A program made the position numbers and the translations under genes. DNA of 64,000 nt from Tubiluchus corallicola (Eukaryota > Animalia > Priapulida), in NCBI GenBank assembly GCA_030141605.1, contig JAQGDQ010000003.1:186001-250000 (forward strand), written 5' to 3'. The notes under the pieces are model-generated. The model searched no databases and was not told the DNA's origin. It saw only the letters and a program-made list of their open reading frames with translations. Below are positions 1 to 14,100 of this stretch, piece by piece (the first letter of the stretch is position 1; each line of letters starts with the position of its first letter).

Positions 1-405
1 CTAACTGCCTTGATATGTCATTTAGAACACAATTTAATGATGTCATGAATCTATTTTTCGTAAGAATTTACGAATCGCTATTACGACATAACAGCATAAA
101 AAATTGATAAAACATTACATGGACAATAAAAGCGAGAATAGCACTAACCTCTTTACACAGTTACTTGGCAGGTGAGTAACACAAATATTCCTTAACATTA
201 ATATGCATGCTACTAAATTTCAAAACTTTGTTGTTTCTCAATTACACTTAAAATTTATCATTTCATTTATGTTATTGAACATTTTTAATGTGATTAAATT
301 TAAAGCCTTAAACTGGAACGAACTAAAATGGAAGAAATGTGTCATTGTCTACCCTGGACCTGCAGAGGAACATTACAGTGCTTCCTGCTAGACAACACTA
401 AATAA
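1..405 (+). CDS. 3' end of an unidentified protein-coding gene (exons <1-59, 161-171, 306-405)
   Basis: Phase-consistent splice chain: TTC|gtaaga at 60; branch CACTAAC plus ctttacacag| at 160; CAG|gtgagt at 172; the next AG after the donor motif is at 304-305. Spliced peptide NCLDMSFRTQFNDVMNLFF-LLGS-LKLERTKMEEMCHCLPWTCRGTLQCFLLDNTK* (TAA 403-405). Family not recognised. Confidence 0.6.
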
Positions 406-577
406 TTTACTCCCCAGGTCCTGTTTCTGGATATTTGCTGTTCAGTACTGCAGAATCCCTTTTTACATTTCAGCCACAGATTTTCACTACCTTTATGAAA
501 ACTAAAAGTAAGCAAATCCTCCTAGTCCATAAATACACAAATACTGCCGACATTAAAGTTCAATAATCTACATCAAA

Positions 578-583
578 TTTTAT
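578..583 (-). terminator. Candidate FSTL1 polyadenylation signal (AATAAA)
   Basis: tttatt on + strand at the end of about 1.5 kb of AT-rich sequence downstream of the FSTL1 stop; another candidate lies near 1042. Confidence 0.4.
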
Positions 584-2101
584 TGTTGCAAGATAGTAAA
601 TGTACACGAACAAATATAAAGCTAAAGGCAAAAATTCAACAGTACATTAATAATATTCTGAGCTGTCTAAACAATTTGTATGTAAATGTAAAATTATATC
701 ATGTGTTTAATGGCACTCTAACCCGCAATGTAAATATATACATAATAAAATTTAAAATCTGCTACCGATACATAAATTACTATGTTATAACGTATAACTA
801 TACCCTGATTATTTAAATTACTTACACCCCATTACATACAATTTAGTGCAACTACAATGATTATAACATATTTTTTCTAAGTTCTGCCAAAGAAATTTTT
901 AGATAATATCAAATCAAAAGCTGCCCTACATAAATATATGTAATTATATATTGTACATGTATAATATGTTCTACAAAATATAAAAAAATTAAGTTCATAC
1001 AAGTTATAAATGTAATGGACTATATTCCATTGAAGAAATGCTTTATTTTGACAATAAATTTGTCGAGTGATGTCACAGAAGTCTACCAAATTTGACAAAT
1101 TTAATGGATATCCAACATCAAGAATTATAAAAATTTGCATGTGCATCCATGTCAGAAATTTTTAGTTTAAACTAATTTTGATAGCAGTAAATGAAGTACA
1201 TTACATCATACTAAACTTAAACTGAATGACAATTTTAAAATATTCAAACATGGTTAAAAGTGAACGGAATCAAATGACTAATTCAATTACAAGTTTATTA
1301 AAATATGGCATCAGTAAATAAAGATGGTAGTGGGCATGGTGGAATGATTTTGGCACGAAACTAAAACTACTAAGCTGCTAAAATTTTCGAATTAATCAGA
1401 ATTCATGTTAACAATTCTTCAGGGAGAGCAATAAAAACAAAAGTACCATATGAACTTATATACTCTTACTTTTCCACAAACTGAAATGGGATAGAAGATA
1501 GGATTTAGCATCAATAAAATTGTATAACAACTGTAGTCAACCGCAAACATAATACATGTGAATGCTTTTACAAATTTATATCATACATCGTAAAATGACA
1601 ATAAATTCTTCCTAGAATCTCCCACTGTATATAAAATGTAAAAGCACAAAGTATCTTGTAAAAAAAACTTTCAAAGAAAATAAATGCATTTTTTCCAAAA
1701 GGCTATTAATTATAAATCTTAACTATATACTAAACAAAAATTAATTTCAGTGAACAAATTTGCAATAACCACTTTTTCAAAATAAAGTGCCTGACTACTG
1801 TAGCCTGGAGAATAAGCACAATTTTTCAAAATAAATAAACCATAGCTGTTGACCAATGCACTGCCATTGGGAACAGTAGTGAAAAAATTCACAAGCAAAG
1901 TACATGAGACTCTAAATACAACTAGTAATATAGCATTTGCCAGGAGAGGCAATACTCATGTCAAACCTAAATTCCAAAAATCTTTGCTATTGCAAGCAAG
2001 TAATGCCAACAGTAAACACTGTTTTCCTGAATTCACTAAATTTGTTTTATTTACACAAATCATCAAACTGTGAGTTTTTTGATTTGGTAATGACAAACTC
2101 G

Positions 2102-2191
2102 CTACAACTTCTGCTTACGATTTTTTCGTCTTTTGACTCTTTTCGCTCTACGTTTGCTTTCATCATCTGCATGTTTGTAAGTTGTTTTAAC
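2102..2191 (-). CDS. FSTL1: FSTL1 last coding exon (basic tail)
   Basis: ttgatgcag|GTT, phase 0; [29 protein letters not shown]. Confidence 0.75.
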   Translation of the reverse strand, partial: VKTTYKHADDESKRRAKRVKRRKNRKQKL

Positions 2192-5100
2192 CTGCATCAA
2201 ACAAGCTCCACATGAGAAAAACTACTAAGAACCAAGACATAAGCAAATACTCAGGTAACAATTACTTTTCTTTACACTGCTGCAGCCGAAATCAAGCATC
2301 CAATGGCAAGACCTACTGTAGGGTAAAGTTTGATTTGAGACCACAGCCTGGTTAATTAAATAATTAACAATATCTTAACATTAAGATAAGCCACTGAATC
2401 AGCAGAGGTGTTTTAACCATGTTCGTATATCCTCTCTCTACGATAAACCACAGCGAGTAAGGATATTGAACCCAAATGGTCGTGGTGAGACATCCACATG
2501 AAGTAAACCCACTAAACTTGCGCCTATTCAATTTGCTTGAAGAATCTTACAGTTGACATAAAAAAATCAATCGTTTCCTCCACCTACACTTCAAATCTCT
2601 TCGAAGTATAACCTCCCTTATAACTCTTGCACTTAATTCCGTTAATTTCTAGCTCCTACCTTTGTTAAAAGCCACTAATTACTTTAAAAAAAGATAGCTG
2701 AATCTACCCTCTATAAACAAGTAAAAGCAAAATGCATTATAATTAAAATTTACGGGCTTTTACATGAATAAAACTTTAGTTCATTACTAATATTGGCTAT
2801 GGTTATCTTTCAGAAAACACTTTTTTTCACATTTGTGATTAAATGAGGCTGGATAATGCTAATAATGCTGACTGACTTACCACTTAACCACAACGTTTAA
2901 ATGATACGAAAAACTTACATGCATTTTATCCCCTGCACTTTTGAAATCTTTGAGAAAAACTTCAACGTCTTCATCTGTTTGCAGCAACTTTGGATTCACT
3001 GCCTTTACTTCAACAACTGGCACTAAAACACATGTAAGTCCAATGTTAAAAGTTTAATAGTGTAAAGATTTTTACTTTTGCTGTAACGCTAAAATGCAGT
3101 AAACTTGCTGTAAAAAACCTCTAAAGCTGCCAATGCTAATCAGAGGTAATAAAATTGTTAAAGCCTATTATCGAAATTTAATGCTTTTTAATAAGCTTAA
3201 AACTGCTCCATTTGTGCCAAAAATAAACAATTAAGGAGTGTTGAATAGATCATTTATTAAAGATATCGCTGTAATAAATTCTGTTATTAAATTATACTAG
3301 CTGAGAACAATGAGTAAAATGAGGAAAATAAACATGATTGTTGTTTACCCAAGTTATCTGACTTCTCCTCATCCTTCTTGCAAGCCACTGCAGTGCATAC
3401 CCAGTTGCCACAAGCACACACACTGTAAAACAGGTAAATTCAAATAAACACCAATTTTAATTATTGGTGTATTACAAACTTTGCAAGTGCTTTTCTAAGA
3501 GCAAAGCAAAAAGGAATCAAAATGCAGGAATGCATAACTAGATAAACGAATATTATTAAATAATAATTTCTCAACCTTCATTATCTAATATATTAAGTAA
3601 CTGCAGAATGTCAAGATAAACTTCTGTCTTGCATGATGCAGCCCTTTTTTGCCACCTTATGACAACCCAATGTTCAACTGGACTTAAATTAAATTAAAAA
3701 ATGCAATTTGGTAACAACTGTGAATAAAAACCTTACATATAATGACATGCTTAGTTACCACAAATTTAAGCTAACATTTCAATTTCGTTGACAGTGATTT
3801 AATAATCATTTTACATTTGTATTATCAATTTCACACATACTATGATACAGATATTATAATACACACCATCTATTGCAGTCTACCGTAGTTTCAGCTCCAT
3901 CTTCATATTCATTTAGTTCTAAAGAACACTCTAAAAATAAATATTTCAGGTAATATTCTGTTTCTAAATTGTGTGGAACTGACACACACACAATCAACTT
4001 TAGTCAGCAAACTACAAATGTGACCAAAAATAAAACAAATTTTAATCATCGGTTGCCAAAACATTTTACAAATTTAAAATGAAAAAACATGACAATTGTT
4101 TGTATTGTGGCTAGATAAGAAATGTTTTGAGATTTTGTAGCTATTTCAGTTGGTAGTTACATAAATTTTAGTTACACTTATGTCAGCAGTTATATTTGGA
4201 GCGAACTGCAAATCTGAACACATCATCTAGCAATACTGCATTGGTTTTGTATTGACTATTTAATAAGTGTAAACCTAATTAAGAAATCTGACTCAAGAAC
4301 CCTATTAAAAATACATGTTCAATTACTCTTCAGAGGTGGAATGTAATCCAAATCCATCATCTTTTTGAACTCCCGGAAAGTCAATCGCCAGTCGGTATCT
4401 GCATCAGCTAAATCTATCAAAGCATCTACACACAAGCCCCTGGCAAAACATAAATAGTGCGAAATGGTTAAACACTAAAACACAGAAAAAACAGCATCGG
4501 TAAATTTCGTAAGTTTCACTACAATTTTACAAGCACAAAGTATTACACAGGAAAAAGATTTCAAAGAATTTCTAAAACTAAAATGTATTTTTTCACAAGC
4601 AATGTATGACTGCATTGACAGAAACTGCCAACTCAACACTAACTGCTCAGTAAAAACATTATTGCCTAGGCATATGAAAGGCCTTTCTTGAACAGTTTTC
4701 CCACAGTGAAGTACTAAAATACTGTTAAATGCTGCTTTTAACTGTCATCTGTATATCAGCCGAACTGTCCGTTAAGCCTTTTGTAGACTGCCATCTAACA
4801 GTAACTTGAACTAACAATGAGTAATCTTCAAAGTTGGAGCAACTTGAGCAATTGATTTAGCAGTACTACTGAAATCTTGGCTTACCTCAAAATTTCTGTA
4901 GGACTTCCACTTTGCACCAGTTGTGTGCTATTGGTTTTTGCAATGCACTGCAGCAGTTCTGCCGAATCAAGTTTTTTATCTTTATCACCATCGCACATCT
5001 TAAATACATGCTTCATTACCTGCAGGATTGAATAAAGAATAACCCTATATATGATATTTCTCACCAATCACCTAACATTTACACTAACATTTTGCAAGGC

Positions 5101-8100
5101 AAAACCTGCCTTTATAATGCTATAGTTGCAACTGAGTCTGCCCTCACCTGTGGGTGTAAAATGTTTTGTCTATGATGGATTTGTCAACAAGTGACAGGTC
5201 ACTAAAATTTACTCACACTGAGCTGAGGAAACATTCTCCGACTATACCCTTCATCCAGGATTCTCAATTTTTCCCTCCTGGGGGAGAGTCATTGCAGACC
5301 ACCACCCAAAAGCTGTCACCCAGCATCCATCATCTAACATCTACAGTGGTATTTAAGCACTATAGCTGCAACTGTTTGAATTCTGTATCTACCCTCCCCT
5401 GGGGAGAAGGGGCTAAAATGTTTTTGTCAATATTGGATTGTCAATAGGTGACAAGTGTCACTGTAAATTACCCAAACGTACTGGAGGAGGGAGAGTTATT
5501 GTAGGTCATCCCCAAAAATTGTTACACATTCATAGTTGCAACTGTTTGAATCATGGATCCACCCTCACCTGGAGGGGTAAAATATTTTTGTCAATGTCGG
5601 ACTGTCAGTATATGACAGGTCACTTTAACGAATCTAACACCTCACACTGAGCTAACAGATTTTGCACTATATCAACTACTTGGATCCTCCCCCCCTTCCT
5701 CCCTATAAGGAGGGGGTAAAATTTTTTTTGGCTATGCAGGGTTGTCACTAAATGACAGGCCACTCAAATTCCTCGCATTAATCTAACTCAGGTCCTTCCA
5801 CTATGCTCACCACTGCTGCGGATTTTAACTGTTTACTTCTATTTTGAATATGCCCTCAAAATGACATTTGACCCTGACTATCATCTGGGCCCAAATTCAG
5901 AACTAGCTTATAGATAGCTTAAACTAAATGTGGACGGATGACTCTGCATAAGGTCTCCAGACTTGGAAAGTCAGAGAATTTAATGAACCATCAAGATTCA
6001 ACAGTTTCAGAAGTGGTATGTACACCCACATCCCCACACTGACAAAACCATATAATGCAACTCTAAAAACTACTGAATATCCCATTAGTCAATCAAGGAA
6101 CATGTAACACAAAGTTTGTGCTCGAGGCTATAGCACTCTGAAAAGATCAGCTGCATTGTGAAGAATGCTGATGTAAGCTAATGATTACCAATCTTCAGGT
6201 AAACCAATAAAACGACGCAGCATGAATAAGATTTCTGAGCATCACTTCCCGTTAGTTCAGCAACTTTGCAAAGCATTCATGCTCCAATAAAAATGTATAT
6301 CAATTACTTACTAGAAGAGTCAGACAGATTGTTCTGTTCTTCAATGCAAACAAATTGCAAAAACAGAAAAGTATGGCAGCTGCCAGCAGCCATTGCACCA
6401 TAGTTGTGCACCATTTATAAAATATCAAAAAATTACAATTATTACCTCTCTGTAAGCTTTTCGACCAGGATGTGAAGCTTGGCTTTGAATCCAGGAAATA
6501 ATGGACTGGCGTAGCGCATCACGCTCATGAGAAAAACACACAACTATAAACAAATGAATAGAAATAACCAGTCAGCACAGATAAGCTATGTAGTTAGCAT
6601 TTTTAAATTTCTTCAAAATTAAGACATTAGTGTGTTTCATTTTCTATATATAAAAGATTTTTCATTAACTTCAAAACAAGCAAGATAACGGACTCCTCAT
6701 AATGTTAATAGTTGGGGTCCTAAAAGGGATGGCTTTAGTAAGAAAAGTATTTTAAATAACTACTGCTTTTTAAAAGGATCTACAACTATATAAAATTAAC
6801 ATTTACTATTGCTCATTAGAAAAAATGTTTTAATTAAAATTATTTTTATGATACGTACTTGGCTTTTTTTGCAGTTTTTCTTCCAGACGTTTCAATTTAT
6901 CGCTTTCATCTGAAATAATAATAAAAGTTAAGTATCTTTTGTTTGTCAGTGCAAATGTTAAAACTTCTGGCCAACCACTTCACTTGGTGATAAAATACAT
7001 AGCTGTGCGATAAAAATTTTATAGCTTTTAACGCAACACCACAACACTACTGCTTTACAATTCCCAACAAAGTCATTGTCTTTATGACATATCAAACCAC
7101 ATTCATCAAGTGTCACACCACCCGAAGCACAAAAAACTAATACGGAAGACTAATTTAGTCAATGCATAGCACAGACTGAAAAGACTTGTGAGAAACTCCT
7201 ATTTGGCAACAGTAATTTTCAATTATCAGAGTCAAACAAGATGTGATTACTTGATTTTGCTTTTTTACAAAGGAATAGTCACTCTAATCATGTTTTATCA
7301 AAAATAAAGTGATATAATTATACAGCTAAAATCAGCATGCAGTATAATTTTAGCTGCAAACTGGCTAAATCTTTAGAAGAAATGAATTATGTTGTTTCAC
7401 GTGGCCCACTCAAAAACTCCCAAATCAGTATTTCATGGGTTAAACCAATCAGCACACAGAGCACAGCACAGACACTCCATTAAAAGAGACATTCTCTAGA
7501 CAAATGATTACACTGCAGAGACACATCCTTCTAAATTAGCTGTAGCAGTCAACAACGGTTGAAAAGAAATGCAATGTTTACAGGTTTAATAACAACCGAA
7601 GCAGTGTGTTTCTTTATTGGATTTGGGTAACAACGTTATTGCCACCAAGCATGGAAATTTAAAGCCAAGGCAAGATTAAATTCTTTACTGTTCTTGTCAG
7701 GAGTTCATTTCTCATTGGAACAAAAAAATCAATATCAAAATGGCTAAAAACGTTTAATAACTGCTTGACGTGACAACTAAAATTTACTTTATTTACTGAA
7801 TGCTACACTACCTGAATAGTAATCAACATAGGTGTCATTGGAGATTGCTTAATTTAGCAATTATGTAGTGTAAGGTCTTGTGACAGATTGAAGTCTGGCA
7901 TAAAAAATTAAAAACAATGGACAGCACAAGACTACAAACCGGAGACTTTAGACTGTCACGAAATGGTGGTTTTTAGTGTTTCTGCAAGACCATGAAATTG
8001 TACTCACTATGTCTGACTGTCTGATAAGACCATTAATTCAATGCCAAACACCCCAACACCAAATTGAACAGTACCAGCAACCAGAACTTCGACAAAAGTA

Positions 8101-11100
8101 AAAGCACTTCAATGCCTCAAACACCGCAGAATTTAAAAATTTCTTTACCCAATCTTCCTGTTATCACTTAAACTTAGAAAACAAAACAAAAAAATTTCAA
8201 GAAACTGTCTATACACCATAATGTTGATTTATATTACCGCAGTATAGGAATTTTCGGGTGCATGGTAGCTGCCATTTACTTGAAAATTATGACGTAACTG
8301 GAGGACTTTGTAACTTTTCGTAAGCGCATCGTAGCTTTCTGTAAACGTGCAATGCTTAAACTAATTCATACTTTTGTAGCTTACCGAATGTTCACGCAAA
8401 AATATCAGGAAATTAGCTATCTAATTTTTTGTAAAAACTTATTATGCCTTTGACAGAAATTGAAAGTGCACTGCTTTTCTTTAGACGAATGCATATGATA
8501 CTACTACTAAATCCTTCCAACATTTTCCCAAACGTTGAAATAAGCCTAACTTCCCAGAAGGCTTGGCCTTTCCGTTAAAATAAGCAAGTAATGTTTTCGT
8601 TAACAACATAGATTTCCCCATGATTGAATTACATGATTACATCAAGCAGAACTTTCAAACTAACTCATTTTGCAAACATAGCTTTTGACGTCATTAAGTT
8701 GATTATGTAAAACTTTTCATCCTGACAGCAATTGCTGAATAATTTCAAAAGCAGTTTATACTCGCAATATTCTAGCAGTTGGCTCATAGCATTTGCATAA
8801 AGGATAAATGCAACGCAAAATTTGAATTTATAATGCAGACAGCTTTCGTGTTTTAGCATTCACATTATGCAAAAATGTGATGTTTTCATGCATATTAATG
8901 ACATCTGAATTAAAGATAAACGGCAAAACTGAGCATTTTGTAGGCTATACTAGCTAGAATTGCACATTGCAGATCATTTAAACAAAACTTTAAAACAGAA
9001 TGAATGTTTGCTAAATCACCGCACATTTAAAAAACACTCATTTCTCAATTCCTTCTACAAAATGACCACAATGACCTTTGGCAAGCTGTTCAGCAATGAA
9101 CCAAATAGAAAAAAGACTCTGCAAACAAATAGAAAATAAATGAGTTATTAACAACAGAAAACTCTAGTGCTGACCAGTTCTTATAAGCCTGAGTTGCTAA
9201 AGCCACAGCTCTTTACTTTAACCTTACTAGCAGGCATTGGCATAAACAGAAAATGTTCGGATAGTGCTTGTTCCAATAAGCAATTATAAAAAATACTTTA
9301 TTATTCAAAAATCTGGTTATAAAATTCGTGTTTTTGAATCTAGGCTAGAAGTTAAAACATGCAATCCGACTTGCTCTGCATTCCACCAAAAAAATAGTTG
9401 AAATAATTTTGAAGTGTCAATTAGACCAACCTGAGTGTTAAAAATGTGAAAACGTCTGCAACATTATTGAGATGCTTTTAGAATTCTATGAAAGCCACTT
9501 TCGAATTTAACAAAGAAAAGAATTAAATATGGACAAGTATGTTAACTCATGAATGGTACCAAAGTGTAGAACTAGCGTATTTTTGTTTCTCAAGTCATAT
9601 TTCTCAATATCCAAATGTTAAGATGAAATATCTGAAAGAACTAATATTAGCTTATTTGACTACATAAGCAAATGCCAGGCAGCCAAGGTTGTCTATCAAA
9701 ATACTGTAACAGAAAATTTTCAAAGACTTAACTTCTGCAGCAAAATTCTATGCTATGAAGTAGAGGCACCTAAATTTAAACATCAAATTGAGAGTATAAT
9801 ATAATTCCAGCAAGATAATCATAACTTTATAATACAACATCTGCAGCTTCAACCTGTTAGTCAGTCCGTCAATTCCATCAACTCTAGTACATAAAATAAC
9901 ACTGCTAGTTGAGTTTTAATTAGTTAATGGAAAACAATCTGGAACTTAAAACCTAATGACCTAAAACCTGTTTTGTCAACTTAAGACAACATTCTGCAAC
10001 TTAAAACCTATTCTGTCAACTTAATGACAACATTCTGCAACTTAAAACCTATTCGGTCAACTTAATGACAATAATCATAAATGCTGGCCCAATAAATTTA
10101 ATCCCATTTTAGGCATCACATTACTTATTCTTGTAGCAGTAGAAAAGCACTTTGCTTTAAAAATGCATGCAAGAATACCTAGTATGCATTCGCCTTCGTA
10201 CTTGACGCGAAGAGCGACTCCTGAAACGCAGGCTTGGCGATGAAGCTCGCAGTGGTTTCTATATGTCTTCTTGTCACTTCCACACACCTGAACAATAAAT
10301 TACGAGCAAATAAAAAAGCAAAAAGTTAATGTAAGTAAACTGTGCACTGCATTACAGACTTGAATGTTCCACATCAAACAGCTATTTCCTCGAATCACTG
10401 CCATTACAATTACCTTCAATAATTCAACTGTGCTTAACTAGCAGAAAATTGCAGCTCAGTGATGCCCAGAAATTTGTAAATTACATCAATTGCAGAAAAC
10501 CTATAATACTGTTACAACAAACCCCATGAACACAAACAGATTCTTTGTAAGTGTAGTCCAATTTGCAAGTATGACAAAAAATATTCCACATATATATTAT
10601 TTATTTTTTTATACTCAACACACCAGAGCAAACACTTGATACGCTAGGGTTTCTAGTATGCAGTCCAAAAATAAAAATTCACAGCATTAATTAAGAGGTA
10701 ACATATAGGACAAAGAAAGAAACCAATTAAAAAACTCAACTTTCCCAAATGACATTTAAACACAAAAAAAAACAGTGGAGACAAGAAAGTTACAGCAGAT
10801 TGACAACAAAAATCAAAAGAACCTAGCCTGAGACAGCAAAAATCTGTGTTAAACAACTTAAATTCATAGAATCTTGATCAAGAAAACTATGGAGACTTAG
10901 AACGTTTTATGTAACATAAAAGCATTTATTTGAGCCATTTTGAAATAATGGGTAAGAACTAAGCGGTACCTTTCTTTTATGATCAGGACAAGATTTAATG
11001 CAGACGCAAGTGACGGAATCATCAACTACATCACACACTCTAGCTTTGCCGCAGTCCACGTTCTCGCAGAGCTTATTTAGGCTTTTACCTAAAACAACAA

Positions 11101-14100
11101 ATAAAAGTTTGTTTTGCAAACTTCTGCTGATTCATGCTGCAAAGATGAGTGAGGCACAATTTCAAGTACATGTGCACAGCTATTTACACTAAAAACACAA
11201 ATTATGGAATAATCCAAAGTTATAAGTGCAACAAGTAGGCTGTCCAGAGAAAACAAGGCAATTAAAAACAACCTACTGCTGTGATTTGTGGAAGCCACTG
11301 ACACTTTACACAAAAAAAACTAGAATTAGCAAGATATTTGTCTGTTTTTTCAAATGTAAAATGAGAACCTAAGAAGCTCTCGTGCACTGTGTATGGCAGA
11401 TAATTTGTGACACTTTGAAGCAATTTTCTTCTTAGCATATCAAGTTAGTAATTAACTGTTCACAACTCATTTGCTAAGCAGGTGTTGCTCACTCAACTAT
11501 TCCCTCACAATCTCTGAGCTATTTCTGCGAAAATTTTGTATTAAGATTTAAAAAAAAACTACACTCAAATTATAAATAATTTAATACAAATACATATTTT
11601 TATAAAAACTCAACGAACAATAACTTTATATTAGTACACAACTAATGTTAGAATGTTTTTAATGTCGCAGTTGTACAAAGTCGTCTATAAAATGACATGC
11701 ATCACGATCTTGTATTTACAACACCCTGGGCTTGACAAACTGTGCTGATCCAAATGGATGCAGAAGTATTTATAATGTATATACATGTACGTGCCAAACA
11801 GAAATAATTTCCAACTTACAGTAACATGATAATGGCTAGGAATATTTTCAAACGTAGTGTTCTATTGCCTTTTGGCAATAAATGTCCTAAAACTTCGATG
11901 TTTTAAGCATACGTTTAATGACTGAATCACATTTTTGTTACTGGCATCAGTGGCATGAGATTCTATTCAAACAAATCGTCTTATGGAAGTACAGACATTA
12001 ACAGAATACAAATCGCTTACTTGTGTTATAATCCCAGATTACTGAATCCCTAAAGAGCATGGGTGTAAAATAAAATCAATGGGTATGAAAACAACATTGG
12101 AAAACTGTAAGAGGCAAAGACAAAGCGAGGGCACGCAGCTAGTAGTCAGCTACCTACACAGCCAGAAGCAGTGGTAAAGTAACAGCCAATACAACAACTG
12201 CCTCCTCTAACATAAAGCATCTGGGAATGTCGTCTTAATCACATAGATCACTGCACAATATGATTTCCCCAAATCATTTCATTTAATACTGCAGTCAAAC
12301 CAGATTCTAGCAAGCATCCGCATAACTAAAAAAACGTTCTTAACGTCTAGCCAATTAGATTACATTTTTCTATTATTTACATTCTTTTTTTGCAACAATC
12401 ATCAAATTTTATGCTCCAGAAAGCAAGCAATGCATCTTGTTTATTGTACACAAGTCCCGCAAATAATTATAAACATAGATGACAGATGTTGACCATAAGG
12501 CCGCTGCTTTTGCTCTGCATGATGAGGCTCAGCGCATGGCTTCATTTAATCATCTAACTGTCGCCATTAAGCAAGTAACTGTAACCCTGTAACATGGTCT
12601 AATCAGTCTTGGCTAGACAGGAAGCTGGCAAGTAGGTGCGATATAATCACACACTAACGATGTCTGGACCACAGAGCATTTGCTGTAGCACTTTGAAATG
12701 TGGCATTTCATGGCATTAGTACGGCTAGTCTTAATACTCGCTGAACCCACGTATATATATTTTAATTTTAAGAATACTACAGTAAACAGAAGAATGCCGA
12801 GGCATTTTGAATCTGAATGGATGTGCTTTTTTCGCAACTTCACCACAAAGCAAGCCGGAATTCTCGAATCCAGGTAAAAAAGTCGGAAAAAAGTCACAGG
12901 AAAAAAGAAATAAGCTGAACCCTAATCTTAACTCTAATCCTAGCCCTAACCCTACCCTAGCCAAAATTAATTGTGACTTTTTTCCTTGAGTTTTTTCTTG
13001 TGACTTTATTACCAGTTACTGAATTCCGACAATGGTATAGACTAATCAACACAATGTTTGCGAAAAGATCAGGATCCTGGCTCATTATCACGGATTTCTC
13101 TTTAAGATGAGCCTCTCGACTGGCAGAGGTGTTTACTTGCAATATCATAAATTTTACGTGCTAGAACATGGTCGAACTCAAATGCTATGCATAGAATAAA
13201 TTTGACAGACAACTTAGGTATTTTATGCTTTAATACATACATATGCAAACAAACTTCGAAAATGAACATAACTAACAGAAAAATAGGCGTATGGAAACAC
13301 AACCAAAGGTTGCTTAGCAGCAAATCGAAATCGAGGTAAATTAAGAGTGGCACAGTCGGACATTAAGGTAAGAAGGATTAGATGAAAAATTCGTTTAATA
13401 AAAACTCATCAATTAAAATGAAAGTCAGAGACTAGTAACTTCGATGCTATCACAAATAACAGAATCTTAACAAAACACTAACAACATGGAAGTCTAAATT
13501 TAAACCATTTATTGAGTTACCGTATATACTCGCATATAAGCCGAATTTAGAACTATAAAATACAATACTGAAATCAGGGGGTCGGCTTATATGCGCATGA
13601 AACAAAATGAACACAAGGACAGACACTAATGCCAATTTTCCAGCCACACATTTTCATCGCTACCTGACTCTTTATTTGGTTGTGTGTCACCAGCGGTGTA
13701 TTGGAGGGGGATCGCCGTCCACCCACTTTTTTTTAGAAAAAATTCACATTTCAATAAATGTCTGCTTTTTGTATTCATAAAAGTAAGCATTTTACATCTT
13801 TATAGTAAAAAATTTCTATGAACCAAAAATACCCAATTAAGAAAATGTGACAAAAAGGGATCAATTTTGTTGATTGGGTATGGAGTAAAATTAGACAAAT
13901 TGATGGTCGGCTTATATACGGGTTTTTGCAAAAACTGGCCATTTTAAAGCCGTTTTAGGGGGTCGGCTTATATGCGATGTAGGCTTATATGCGAGTATAT
14001 ACGGTAACTATTTCTTAATCAATAAGAATCGAGTATTTTGCTAAACTGCTCCAAGGATCATTGTATAAATGCATGCAGACACTTACCTTTCATAACAATG

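Noticed and set aside
9960-10072. CRISPR-like array
   Set aside because: Contiguous 41-bp tandem units without unique spacers, in a eukaryotic intron
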